A stretch of 55,152 nucleotides of DNA. It comes from an uncultured Oscillospiraceae bacterium (GTDB lineage Bacteria > Bacillota > Clostridia > Oscillospirales > Oscillospiraceae). Both the position numbers and the translations under genes were made by a program. The stretch lies in NCBI GenBank assembly GCA_934591725.1, contig CAKTPR010000001.1:1-55152 (forward strand), given 5' to 3'. Below the pieces are notes generated by a model that made no database searches, had not been told where the DNA came from, and saw only the letters and a list, made by a program, of their open reading frames with translations. The first letter of the stretch is position 1; every line of letters begins with the position of its first letter. Shown piece after piece: positions 27,728 to 35,794 of this stretch.

Positions 27728-29153
27728 CAGTCTGGGCTTCCTTGCCTTTTTTGCCGCGGTCTGCGCCCTGCTTGCGCTGACGAATATTCCCGCCGTGAAG
27801 CGCGCCCTCGGAGACAGGCTTCTGGGCGCGCGCCATGTGCTGCTCATTGCGGCAGACTATATCTTTTACGCGAGCTGGAACTGGAAGTGCTGCTTCCTGC
27901 TGCTCGCGCTCACCGTGATCGCGTATGTGAGCGCGGCAAACTGCCGCCGCAGCCGCTTCGCGCTGCACGCGGGCGTCGTGCTGCCGCTCGTGATCCTCGG
28001 CGTGTTCAAGTATTTCAATTTCTTCGTCGGCTCCTTCTGTGAGCTTTTCGGCCTTGCGGAGCCGGGAGCGCTGGAGCTGCTGCTGCCGGTGGGCATTTCG
28101 TTCTACACCTTCCAGACGCTCAGCTATATTATCGACGTCCACCGCGGGAAGGTCGAGGCAGAGCGGAACCCGATAAAGCTTGCGCTGTATATTTCGTTTT
28201 TCCCGCAGCTCGTCTCCGGGCCGATCGTGAAAGCGGGGGAGTTTCTGCCGCAGCTTCGTGAGGACAGGAACGTCTCCATTGCAAACCTCGAAGCGGGCGT
28301 GCAGATATTCCTGTTCGGCCTTTTCAAGAAGCTCGTTATCGCGGATAACATCGCCGTTTTCGTAAACGCGGTGTACGCGAACCCCGCGCAGTTCGGCGGC
28401 GGGACGGTGCTGCTGGCCGTCGTGGGATACTCTCTGCAGCTCTACTGCGACTTCTCCGGCTATTCCGACATGGCGGTCGGCTGCGCGCGCGGCCTTGGCT
28501 ATGAGCTGCCAAGAAATTTCAATATGCCGTACCTCTCACGCAGCGTCAAGGAGTTCTGGAAGCGCTGGCACATCAGCCTTTCAACCTGGCTGATGGAGTA
28601 TCTGTACATACCGCTCGGCGGCAACAGGAAGGGCAAGGTCAGAACTTATGTAAACCTGATGCTGACGATGGTCATAGGCGGTCTTTGGCACGGCGCTGCG
28701 TGGACATTCGTCGCGTGGGGAGCGCTGCACGGTTTCGCGCTCTGCGCGCACAGGTTGTGGAGCGCATGGCGCGCAAAACGCGGAAAAGTGGGGGAGAGCC
28801 GGGCGTACACGGCGCTGTCCATACTGCTCACGTTCTTCTTTGTCAGCTTCTGCTGGGTGTTCTTCCGCGCCGACAGCTTCGGCACGGCGATGAAGATAAT
28901 CACGGCGGTGTTCACATGGCAGCGCGGCATGACGCACATCAGCAGCTGGACGGTGTTCGGCATCCTTGTCATCGCGGCGGCGATGATGATAGCCTGCATC
29001 AGAAGCAAAAGGCTCGGTACAAAGCCGGAGGGGTACTATCCGCTTGTCAGCCTCAACAGCGTATGGGGACTGGCGCTGTTCTTCACAGTCCTTGGGCTCA
29101 CGCTCGTGCTTGCCTATACGGGCGAGACGCCGTTTATCTACGCGCAGTTCTGA
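27717..29153 (+). CDS. MBOAT family O-acyltransferase (AlgI/DltB-like)
   Basis: Polytopic protein with FYTFQTLSYIIDVHRGK, WKRWHISLSTWLMEYLYIPLGGNRKG and GGLWHGAAW. Confidence 0.9.
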   Translation: MAFNSLGFLAFFAAVCALLALTNIPAVKRALGDRLLGARHVLLIAADYIFYASWNWKCCFLLLALTVIAYVSAANCRRSRFALHAGVVLPLVILGVFKYFNFFVGSFCELFGLAEPGALELLLPVGISFYTFQTLSYIIDVHRGKVEAERNPIKLALYISFFPQLVSGPIVKAGEFLPQLREDRNVSIANLEAGVQIFLFGLFKKLVIADNIAVFVNAVYANPAQFGGGTVLLAVVGYSLQLYCDFSGYSDMAVGCARGLGYELPRNFNMPYLSRSVKEFWKRWHISLSTWLMEYLYIPLGGNRKGKVRTYVNLMLTMVIGGLWHGAAWTFVAWGALHGFALCAHRLWSAWRAKRGKVGESRAYTALSILLTFFFVSFCWVFFRADSFGTAMKIITAVFTWQRGMTHISSWTVFGILVIAAAMMIACIRSKRLGTKPEGYYPLVSLNSVWGLALFFTVLGLTLVLAYTGETPFIYAQF

Positions 29154-29157
29154 GTTT

Positions 29158-29192
29158 AAGACGGCGCCGCAAAACGCGGCGCCGTCTTTTTG
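29158..29192 (+). terminator. Terminator of the glycan operon
   Basis: GACGGCGCCGC / GCGGCGCCGTC stem (29159-29185) followed by TTTTT. Confidence 0.85.
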
Positions 29193-29231
29193 GAATAAAG
29201 CGGCAGTGCTTGTCATATGCTTATACGGGTG

Positions 29232-29717
29232 ATGAAAGTGAAGCACAATATAAAGCTCAGGCAGCTTATCGCGGCCATCGCGCTTCCGCTGGCAGTCGGC
29301 GGGCTTGCCGCGTTTCTTACAAAGGACGGCATGAAGCTGTTCGGGACTATGGCAAAGCCGCCGCTTGCGCCGCCGCAATGGCTATTCCCGGTCGCGTGGA
29401 CGGCGCTGTATATCCTCATGGGCATCGCGTCATATCTTATCTGGACGGCGCATGTGTCCGAGGCGCGCAGGGAACGCGCGCTGACGGTGTACGCCTTGCA
29501 GCTTGCTGCGAATTTCCTGTGGCCGGTGCTGTTCTTTACGCTTGGGCTGTACTTCGTGTCGTTTCTGTGGCTCATTGTCCTGTGGGTAATGATACTGGTC
29601 TGCACTGTGCTGTTTCACTATATTTCCAAAACCGCGGGGAAGCTCATGCTGCCATACCTTATATGGACGGCCTTTGCCGGGTATCTGAACCTCGGCATAT
29701 GGCTGCTCAATCGATAA
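29232..29717 (+). CDS. tspO: TspO/MBR family (tryptophan-rich sensory) protein
   Basis: KPPLAPPQWLFPVAWTALYILMGIASYLIW...LQLAANFLWPVLFF...LPYLIWTAFAGYLNLGIW. The start is ATG 29232 or 29217. Confidence 0.85.
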   Translation: MKVKHNIKLRQLIAAIALPLAVGGLAAFLTKDGMKLFGTMAKPPLAPPQWLFPVAWTALYILMGIASYLIWTAHVSEARRERALTVYALQLAANFLWPVLFFTLGLYFVSFLWLIVLWVMILVCTVLFHYISKTAGKLMLPYLIWTAFAGYLNLGIWLLNR

Positions 29718-29722
29718 TATGA

Positions 29723-29766
29723 CCCCGGAGTCTGTGATCTGTCACGGACTCCGGGGATATCTTTTA
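29723..29766. terminator. Terminator between convergent tspO and ATP-grasp genes
   Basis: CCCCGGAGTC (29723-29732) pairs with GACTCCGGGG (29747-29756). ATATCTTTT follows. Confidence 0.75.
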
Positions 29767-29783
29767 TATGTATAGATGGACGT

Positions 29784-30701
29784 TCATTGCCTGTCGGTGT
29801 CGATCATAAGCTCCTGACCGAGGATCGAGTCATATTCGGGCGGGTCAAACCTGCCGTAGCCCGCGGCGTCATAAAAGGTCAATTCGCCGAACAGGAAGCC
29901 GCCATTGTGCGTATACAGGTCGACGCGGAGAAAATCAGGATCGCCCGCAGCATGGACAAGCTTTTTGGAGTATTCGATCATCTCCTCCAGCTGCGCCGGC
30001 TTCTCAACATGGACGTCAGGCAGACTGGGGTAATCCGGATCGCCAAACGGCAGAAGCTCCCACTGCTCGCTGTACAGGTTTATGTTGTAGCTATGGCTGT
30101 CGGACTTCCTGTTGAGGTCATACTCAATGAAGCCGACGCGGCCATTGAACATATAGAACTTGACGTCGTTGAGCCTGCCGCCGTTTTCGTCCTGTATGTA
30201 CTTTTCAACGATGATGCGCGGCGTGATATTTTTATACTGCCACTCGCGGTGCAGACGATAGTAATTGAGCTTGAGCCTTTTTTCTATTTTCTCCTTTGCG
30301 GCTGCGGCGTCAAATCTGGACTTGTCGCTGCATATCACGACACAGCCGGAATCATGATTGGTCTTGATGACGAACTGCTCCGGCAGGGCGGCGAAGTCTA
30401 TATCGTCAAAGCGGTCATATACGCCGAGCAGGGGGATGATGTGCTCTTCACCGAAGCGCTCCGTCAGGAACTGCTTAACCGCGTATTTATCTGCAAGAGT
30501 GGTATACAGCGGGTCATGGTCGTGGATCTTCAGCCAGCAGAGCTTTTCCGAAAATTTCTTTGGTTTTTTCAGATCAAGCTCTTCGCCCATAAACCGGCGG
30601 TATTCTGCGGCAACGAATTTTTCGTCGCTTACATGATCCAGCAGCCCGGCTGCCGCGGAGTGGAAGAACAGATAATCTCTGACTTTATGGAAAAAATTCA
30701 T
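29784..30701 (-). CDS. TupA-like ATP-grasp family protein (copy 2)
   Basis: PKKFSEKLCWLKIHDHDPLYTTLADKYAVKQFLTERFGEEHIIPLLG...FVIKTNHDSGCVVICSDK...LYTHNGGFLFGELTFYDAAG. It aligns along its full length with the 21527..22432 product. Confidence 0.75.
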   Translation of the reverse strand: MNFFHKVRDYLFFHSAAAGLLDHVSDEKFVAAEYRRFMGEELDLKKPKKFSEKLCWLKIHDHDPLYTTLADKYAVKQFLTERFGEEHIIPLLGVYDRFDDIDFAALPEQFVIKTNHDSGCVVICSDKSRFDAAAAKEKIEKRLKLNYYRLHREWQYKNITPRIIVEKYIQDENGGRLNDVKFYMFNGRVGFIEYDLNRKSDSHSYNINLYSEQWELLPFGDPDYPSLPDVHVEKPAQLEEMIEYSKKLVHAAGDPDFLRVDLYTHNGGFLFGELTFYDAAGYGRFDPPEYDSILGQELMIDTDRQ

Positions 30702-30914
30702 ATGCGCTCTCCCGCGAAAATTTTATTCTGAACTCAAGTATTTTATTGGCATGGAATAAAACAAAATGGACAGATCGGAACTTATATGAGCCACTGACAT
30801 AATATTCCAAGTTGTATGATTCATTATACATATATTAAACTGCTAAGTCAAGTTGCTCTGGGAGTTTATTATAATGCTCGTTTAATATTGATAAACTGTC
30901 CATGGGTGATACAT

Positions 30915-31238
30915 ATGCTTGATTACAGAATCATTGGTGAGCGACTGAAGAAAAAAAGAAAAAGCTCAGGGCTGACTCAGGAGGAGGTCGCAGAGCTTGT
31001 AGACATCACGGTCGTTTATCTGTCAAAGATCGAAAACGGCCATGTCCGGCCGACGCTTGATCTGTTGTGTCAGGTAAGCGAGATCGTTGGGATTGACTTA
31101 GGAGACTTGTTCAGCAATGTCTCGACGAACTCCGCTGCGTATCAGAATGAAAAGGTCGTGCGGATGTTCAATGCCTGTTCGCCCGCGGTAAAGCCCATAG
31201 CACTCGATCTGCTTGCAAAGCTGTCTGAACTGGAATAG
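30915..31238 (+). CDS. XRE-family helix-turn-helix transcriptional regulator
   Basis: ORF trimmed to ATG 30915. HTH segment IGERLKKKRKSSGLTQEEVAELVDITVVYLSKIENGHVRPTLDLL. Confidence 0.8.
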   Translation: MLDYRIIGERLKKKRKSSGLTQEEVAELVDITVVYLSKIENGHVRPTLDLLCQVSEIVGIDLGDLFSNVSTNSAAYQNEKVVRMFNACSPAVKPIALDLLAKLSELE

Positions 31239-31314
31239 GCAAAAAAACAAGCTCACCGCAGAGCGGAGAGCTTGGCTGAATGGAACAATATAAAAAGGGA
31301 ATAAACTAAAAGTT

Positions 31315-31354
31315 GAGGCAGCCGGAAGCTCCGGCTGCCTCAGCTTTCAGTTTT
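31315..31354. terminator. Bidirectional terminator
   Basis: GAGGCAGCCGG (31315-31325) pairs with CCGGCTGCCTC (31331-31341). T-rich runs lie on both sides. Confidence 0.75.
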
Positions 31355-31365
31355 ACGCAGAAGGC

Positions 31366-31608
31366 TCATTTATCAAGATAATTCCTGACCAGCTCCTGCA
31401 TAAGCTCGTCCCTGTCGATACGGCAGATGAGCGTACGAGCGTTGTTGTAATTGGTGATATAGGTAGGATCCTCCGAGAGAATGTAGCCGACGATCTGATT
31501 TATGGGGTTATATCCTTTCACCATGAGGGAGTTATACACGGACGATAAAATCTCTCTCATCTCGGTCTTACTGTCCAGCGCTGTAAACTTACGGGTTGAA
31601 TCTTCCAT
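31366..31608 (-). CDS. ireB: IreB family regulatory phosphoprotein (UPF0297)
   Basis: 80-aa protein. EILSSVYNSLMVKGYNPINQIVGYILSEDPTYITNYNNARTLI is the UPF0297 signature. Confidence 0.85.
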   Translation of the reverse strand: MEDSTRKFTALDSKTEMREILSSVYNSLMVKGYNPINQIVGYILSEDPTYITNYNNARTLICRIDRDELMQELVRNYLDK

Positions 31609-31643
31609 GATTTTCCCCTCCTTTTCTCTTTCTTCTTGGCTAC

Positions 31644-31671
31644 ATTATAACAGAAAACGCAACCAAGTAAA
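31644..31671 (-). promoter_or_regulatory. Candidate ireB promoter
   Basis: On the minus strand: TTTACT (31666-31671), a 16-nt spacer, then TGT-TATAAT (TATAAT at 31644-31649). Confidence 0.45.
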
Positions 31672-31713
31672 GTCGAAAGCGGATGAAAATTCGTTAAGAA
31701 TTATTAAACTTTT

Positions 31714-31742
31714 GGCGCGCCGCATTTATGCTGCGGCGCGCC
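31714..31742 (-). terminator. GC-rich hairpin downstream of pheT (terminator-like, no clear U-tract)
   Basis: GGCGCGCCGCA (31714-31724) pairs with TGCGGCGCGCC (31732-31742). Confidence 0.4.
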
Positions 31743-31760
31743 CATTGTGCGTTGACAGGG

Positions 31761-34454
31761 TTATCTGATGAATGCGCCGAACTTTTCTTCCAGCGCCTTG
31801 AGCACGGCCTTGACCGTCTCATCCGCGTGTTCGACGGTCAGGGTCTGATCGTCGGAGCGCATCGTCAGCGAGAAGGCGATGGACTTCTTGCCCTCGATTA
31901 TATGGTGGCCGGTGTACACATCGAAGAGCGTGCAGTCCTTGAGGTACTGGCCGCCGGAGGCGAGGATGCAGTCGCTCAGGTCGCCGACGGGGATCGATGC
32001 GTCGCACACGACGGCGATGTCGCGCGTGACGGACGGGAAGCGCGGCAGCGGCTTGTAGACGGGCGTTGCGCCCTTGACGGAGTAGAGCGCGTCAAAGCTC
32101 AGCTCAGCGCAGTAAAGCTCGGCGTCCACGCCGTAGTTTGCGGCGACGGCGGGATGGATCTGGCCGAACACGCCGATGCAGGTATCGCCGACATAGGCCT
32201 TCGCACAGCGTCCGGGGTGGTAGGAGGCGTTCTCCTTCTCGGCGGCGAAGCGGGGCTTTGCAGCGCCGAGGTCGCTTATCAGAGTTTCGACCCAGCCCTT
32301 GACGGTGAAGAAGTCGACATCCGCGCCGTATGCGCCGAGGGAGACTATCTTAGGCTCGTCCGCCGTGCCGTCGGGACGCTTGAAGTATACTCTGCCGATC
32401 TCGTAGAGATAGGCGGCCTTGTTGCGGTAATTATAGTTGCGGGTGAGTATCTCCAGCATCGAGGGGAGGACGGTCGTGCGCATGATGGAGGTGTCCTCAC
32501 CGAGGGGATTGAGGATGCGGAGGCTGTCGCGCAGCGGGGAGTCCGCGGGCATACGGATCTTGTCATAGTAGCTGGGGCTTATGAACGAGTAGGTGATGAT
32601 CTCATCCAGACCCATGCTGCGGCAGACCTGACCGACCTCGCGCTCGCACTGCTGCACCTCGCTGAAGCCGCCGCTCGTGGTGGCGCTGCCGGCAAACTGC
32701 GTGGGTATCTCATTGTAGCCGTAGAAGCGGGCGACCTCTTCGGCGATATCGGAGTAATGCGAAACGTCGCCGCGCCAGGAGGGGACGTGGATAATGTCGC
32801 CCTCAAGGGTGAAGCCGAGGCGGATGAGGATATCGCGCATCGTGGCTTCGTCTATATCGGTGCCGAGCAGGGCGTTTATCTTCTCCGGCTCAAGCTTGAC
32901 GTCGGTGTGCGGCAGGGGCTTTGGGATAACGTCGATTATCCCGTCGACGACCTCGCCCGCGCCGAGCAGCTCTATAAGCTCGCAGGCGCGCTGCACGGCG
33001 TCATAGGTGTTGTAGACGTCCAGACCCTTCTCATAGCGGGAGGAGGCGTCGGTGCGCATACCGAGGGCGGTAGCGGTGCGGCGGATGGAGGTGCCGTTGA
33101 AGTTTGCGCTCTCAAAGAGAACCATTGCCGTGTCGCCGACGATCTCGCTGTTCTCGCCGCCCATGACGCCTGCGACCGCGACGGGCTTCTCAGTGTCGCA
33201 GATGCAGAGCATGGAGGGGGTCAGCGCGCGGGAGGTACCGTCGAGCGTGCGGATGCTCTCGCCCTCGCGGGCAAGGCGGACATGGATCTCATGATCCTTG
33301 ACGCAGCTGAAGTCGAAGGCGTGCATCGGCTGGCCGTATTCCATCATGACGTAGTTTGTGATATCGACGATGTTGTTTATCGGGCGCATGCCGGCGTTGC
33401 GGATACGCTCGCGCATCCATGCGGGGGACGGAGCGATCCTGACATTCTTGACCATGCGCGCGGTGTAGCGCGGGCAGAGCTCCGGCTCCTCGATGATGAT
33501 CTTTGCCATGTCGTTTATATTGCCGCCGGCGGCCGCCTTGACAACGGGGGTGTGCAGCTTGAGGGGCTTTTTGAAGGTGACGGAAGCCTCGCGCGCAAGA
33601 CCGATCATGCACAGGCAGTCCGGGCGGTTCGGGGTGATCTCATAATCAACGACGTGATCGTCAAGCCCGAGCAGGACGGCGACATCGTCACCGGGCTTGC
33701 AGTCCTCATTGAGGATGAGGATGCCGTCAGTGATGCAGTGGGGGAACTCCTCCTGCTTTGCGCGCAGGTCGTCAAGAGTGCAGATATGGTTCTTCGCCGT
33801 GTCGTAGGCGACGAGGTCGCCCGCGTGCAGGTTCATGCACTCAGTCTCAGTGCTGACAGTCTCAGACCCGGTGCTGAGCGAGAGCGCGTATCTGGAGTAG
33901 CCGACGGTCTCGACGTGCTCGACCTGAGCGGCGATGACCTTGCCGAATATCCTGTCACCGGCCTTGATGTCGGCGGCGATGGAGGGCTTTGCCGGGTCGA
34001 TGGGGTGATAATCGCCGAGGATAGCGGCGGGAGTGATGACGGCGTAGGGGAAGTCATGCAGCGTCATGCCAAGCTCCTTGAGCGAGCAGAGCATACCGTT
34101 GGAGGGTACGCCGCGCAGCTTGCCCTTGGTGATCTTCACGTTGCCCGGAAGCAGGGAGTTGTGCAGCGCGACGGGGACGATATCGCCCTCATGGATGTTC
34201 CATGCGCCGGTGCAGATCTGGACAGGCTCGCTCTCGCCGACGTCTATCTGGGTGACGAGCATATGGTCGGAATTGGGGTGCTTCTCGATGGAGACGATGC
34301 GCCCGACCTTCACGCCGTGCATGGTCTTGCTGAGATCGTCCGTGACCTCGACCTTGGAGCCGGAGACTGTCATGGCCTCGCCGAAGCTATGGTCGTCATA
34401 TTCTTCAAGGCTGAGATCGACGAACTCGTTCAGCCATTTTCTTGACATCTTCAT
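31761..34454 (-). CDS. pheT: Phenylalanine--tRNA ligase beta subunit, with an insertion of about 100 aa
   Basis: Family signatures include MKMSRKWLNEFVDL, the tRNA-binding OB domain, the B3/4 motif ITPNRPDCLCMIGLAREA, B5, and the C-terminal FDVY...KKSIAFSLTMRS segment. At 897 aa it is longer than the roughly 800 aa I recall for typical bacterial PheT. Confidence 0.95.
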   Translation of the reverse strand: MKMSRKWLNEFVDLSLEEYDDHSFGEAMTVSGSKVEVTDDLSKTMHGVKVGRIVSIEKHPNSDHMLVTQIDVGESEPVQICTGAWNIHEGDIVPVALHNSLLPGNVKITKGKLRGVPSNGMLCSLKELGMTLHDFPYAVITPAAILGDYHPIDPAKPSIAADIKAGDRIFGKVIAAQVEHVETVGYSRYALSLSTGSETVSTETECMNLHAGDLVAYDTAKNHICTLDDLRAKQEEFPHCITDGILILNEDCKPGDDVAVLLGLDDHVVDYEITPNRPDCLCMIGLAREASVTFKKPLKLHTPVVKAAAGGNINDMAKIIIEEPELCPRYTARMVKNVRIAPSPAWMRERIRNAGMRPINNIVDITNYVMMEYGQPMHAFDFSCVKDHEIHVRLAREGESIRTLDGTSRALTPSMLCICDTEKPVAVAGVMGGENSEIVGDTAMVLFESANFNGTSIRRTATALGMRTDASSRYEKGLDVYNTYDAVQRACELIELLGAGEVVDGIIDVIPKPLPHTDVKLEPEKINALLGTDIDEATMRDILIRLGFTLEGDIIHVPSWRGDVSHYSDIAEEVARFYGYNEIPTQFAGSATTSGGFSEVQQCEREVGQVCRSMGLDEIITYSFISPSYYDKIRMPADSPLRDSLRILNPLGEDTSIMRTTVLPSMLEILTRNYNYRNKAAYLYEIGRVYFKRPDGTADEPKIVSLGAYGADVDFFTVKGWVETLISDLGAAKPRFAAEKENASYHPGRCAKAYVGDTCIGVFGQIHPAVAANYGVDAELYCAELSFDALYSVKGATPVYKPLPRFPSVTRDIAVVCDASIPVGDLSDCILASGGQYLKDCTLFDVYTGHHIIEGKKSIAFSLTMRSDDQTLTVEHADETVKAVLKALEEKFGAFIR

Positions 34455-34473
34455 ATATCATTTACCTCCCTGA

Positions 34474-35499
34474 TCAGAACTGTTCGAGGAATCTGACATC
34501 GTTCTCGAATATCAGACGCATATCGGTGATCTTGTACTCGCCGAGAGCAAGGCGCTCAAGCCCCATGCCGAAGGCCCAGCCGGAGTACACGTCCGGGTCG
34601 ATGCCGCAGCCCTCAAGCACCTTGGGGTGAACCATGCCAGCGCCGAGGACTTCTATCCAGCCCTCGCCCTTGCAGGTCGGGCAGCCCTTGCCGCCGCACT
34701 TGTGGCACTGGATGTCCAGCTCGCAGCTCGGCTCGGTGAACGGGAAGTGGTGCGGACGGAAGCGCGTGACCGTGCCCTTGCCGTATATCTTCTCGACAAC
34801 GAGGTTCAGCGTTGCCTTGAGGTCAGCCATGGTTATGCCCTTGTCGATGACCATGCCCTCGATCTGGTGGAACATGGGGGAGTGCGTCGCGTCGACCTCG
34901 TCCTTGCGGTAGACTCTGCCGGGGGCGATGATGCGGATAGGCGGCTGGCGCGTCTCCATGGCGTGTATCTGCATCGGGGAGGTCTGGGTGCGCAGGAGTA
35001 TCTTTCCGTCCTCGGTGAAGTAGAAGGTATCCGTCCAGTCACGGGAGGGGTGGCCCTCGTCGATGTTCAGCTTCGTGAAGTTATACTCCGCAAGCTCGAC
35101 CTCAGGGCCGTCGAGTATCTCAAAGCCCATGCCGATGAATATATCCTTGAGCTGGTCAAGGACATTGTACATCGGGTGCTTGTGACCCATGCGGATATCC
35201 TTGCCAGGCAGCGTCACGTCGACGGCTTCGCTCTCGAGCTTGAGCTCCATCATCGCGGAAGAAAGCTCCTCGCGGCGCTTGTCTATCGCTTCTTCAATCT
35301 CGCTCCTGAGCTGATTGGCCAGCTGACCCATTGCGGGGCGCTCCTCAGCCGAGAGGCTGCCCATCTGGCGCAGTATCGCCGTCAGCTCGCCCTTTTTGCC
35401 GAGGTACCTGACGCGCATCGCCTCAAGGCGCTCCGCGCTGTCGCAGTCAAGAATTTCCTTTACCGATGACTCTCTGAGCTTCTGCATTAATTCTTTCAT
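34474..35499 (-). CDS. pheS: Phenylalanine--tRNA ligase alpha subunit
   Basis: ORF trimmed to ATG 35499, with AGGAGA upstream. Segments include HPMYNVLDQLKDIFIGMGFE, FHQIEGMVIDKGITMADLK and GWAFGMGLERLA. The upstream part of the ORF is the T-box leader. Confidence 0.95.
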   Translation of the reverse strand: MKELMQKLRESSVKEILDCDSAERLEAMRVRYLGKKGELTAILRQMGSLSAEERPAMGQLANQLRSEIEEAIDKRREELSSAMMELKLESEAVDVTLPGKDIRMGHKHPMYNVLDQLKDIFIGMGFEILDGPEVELAEYNFTKLNIDEGHPSRDWTDTFYFTEDGKILLRTQTSPMQIHAMETRQPPIRIIAPGRVYRKDEVDATHSPMFHQIEGMVIDKGITMADLKATLNLVVEKIYGKGTVTRFRPHHFPFTEPSCELDIQCHKCGGKGCPTCKGEGWIEVLGAGMVHPKVLEGCGIDPDVYSGWAFGMGLERLALGEYKITDMRLIFENDVRFLEQF

Positions 35500-35516
35500 T
35501 TGCCAACTTCTCCTGT

Positions 35517-35752
35517 AAAAAAATAAAGCCCCCGCCCCTCTGTGACCAAGGGACGAAAGCATGGCTTCCGCGGTACCACCCACGTTCGGCTCTGATGAGC
35601 CGCTCTTTATGACGCTTAACGCGCGCCGCACGCCGGGGATTGGCCGGAGCTCACGGGCGAACCAAACGCGCGCGGCCTATGGAGGCTTGCAGCCGGTGAC
35701 CCCCACTCTCTGACAGGTGCATCCGCGTTATTTTCCCGTTCAACGCTGTAAC
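35517..35752 (-). promoter_or_regulatory. T-box riboswitch leader (expected Phe specifier)
   Basis: On the minus strand: AGAGA (35707-35711), the T-box sequence CGTGGGTGGTACCGCGGAAG (35565-35584), and a terminator ending in TATTTTTTT (35517-35525). A candidate UUC specifier lies at 35659-35661 in the context GG-TTC-GCCCGTGAGC. Confidence 0.8.
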
Positions 35753-35758
35753 ACATAG

Positions 35759-35787
35759 AATTTATCACAGCCTGACGATTTTTGCAA
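35759..35787 (-). promoter_or_regulatory. Candidate promoter of the pheST leader
   Basis: On the minus strand: TTGCAA (35782-35787), a 17-nt spacer, then TAAATT (35759-35764). Confidence 0.4.
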
Positions 35788-35794
35788 GACCTAT

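Noticed and set aside
31728-34445. 905-aa ORF on the plus strand covering almost all of pheT.
   Set aside because: It is antisense to a gene with unambiguous PheT family motifs. Its translation is low-complexity (G/A/D/V/R/L-rich) with no recognisable domain. Long stop-free antisense frames are expected in GC3-rich coding DNA.
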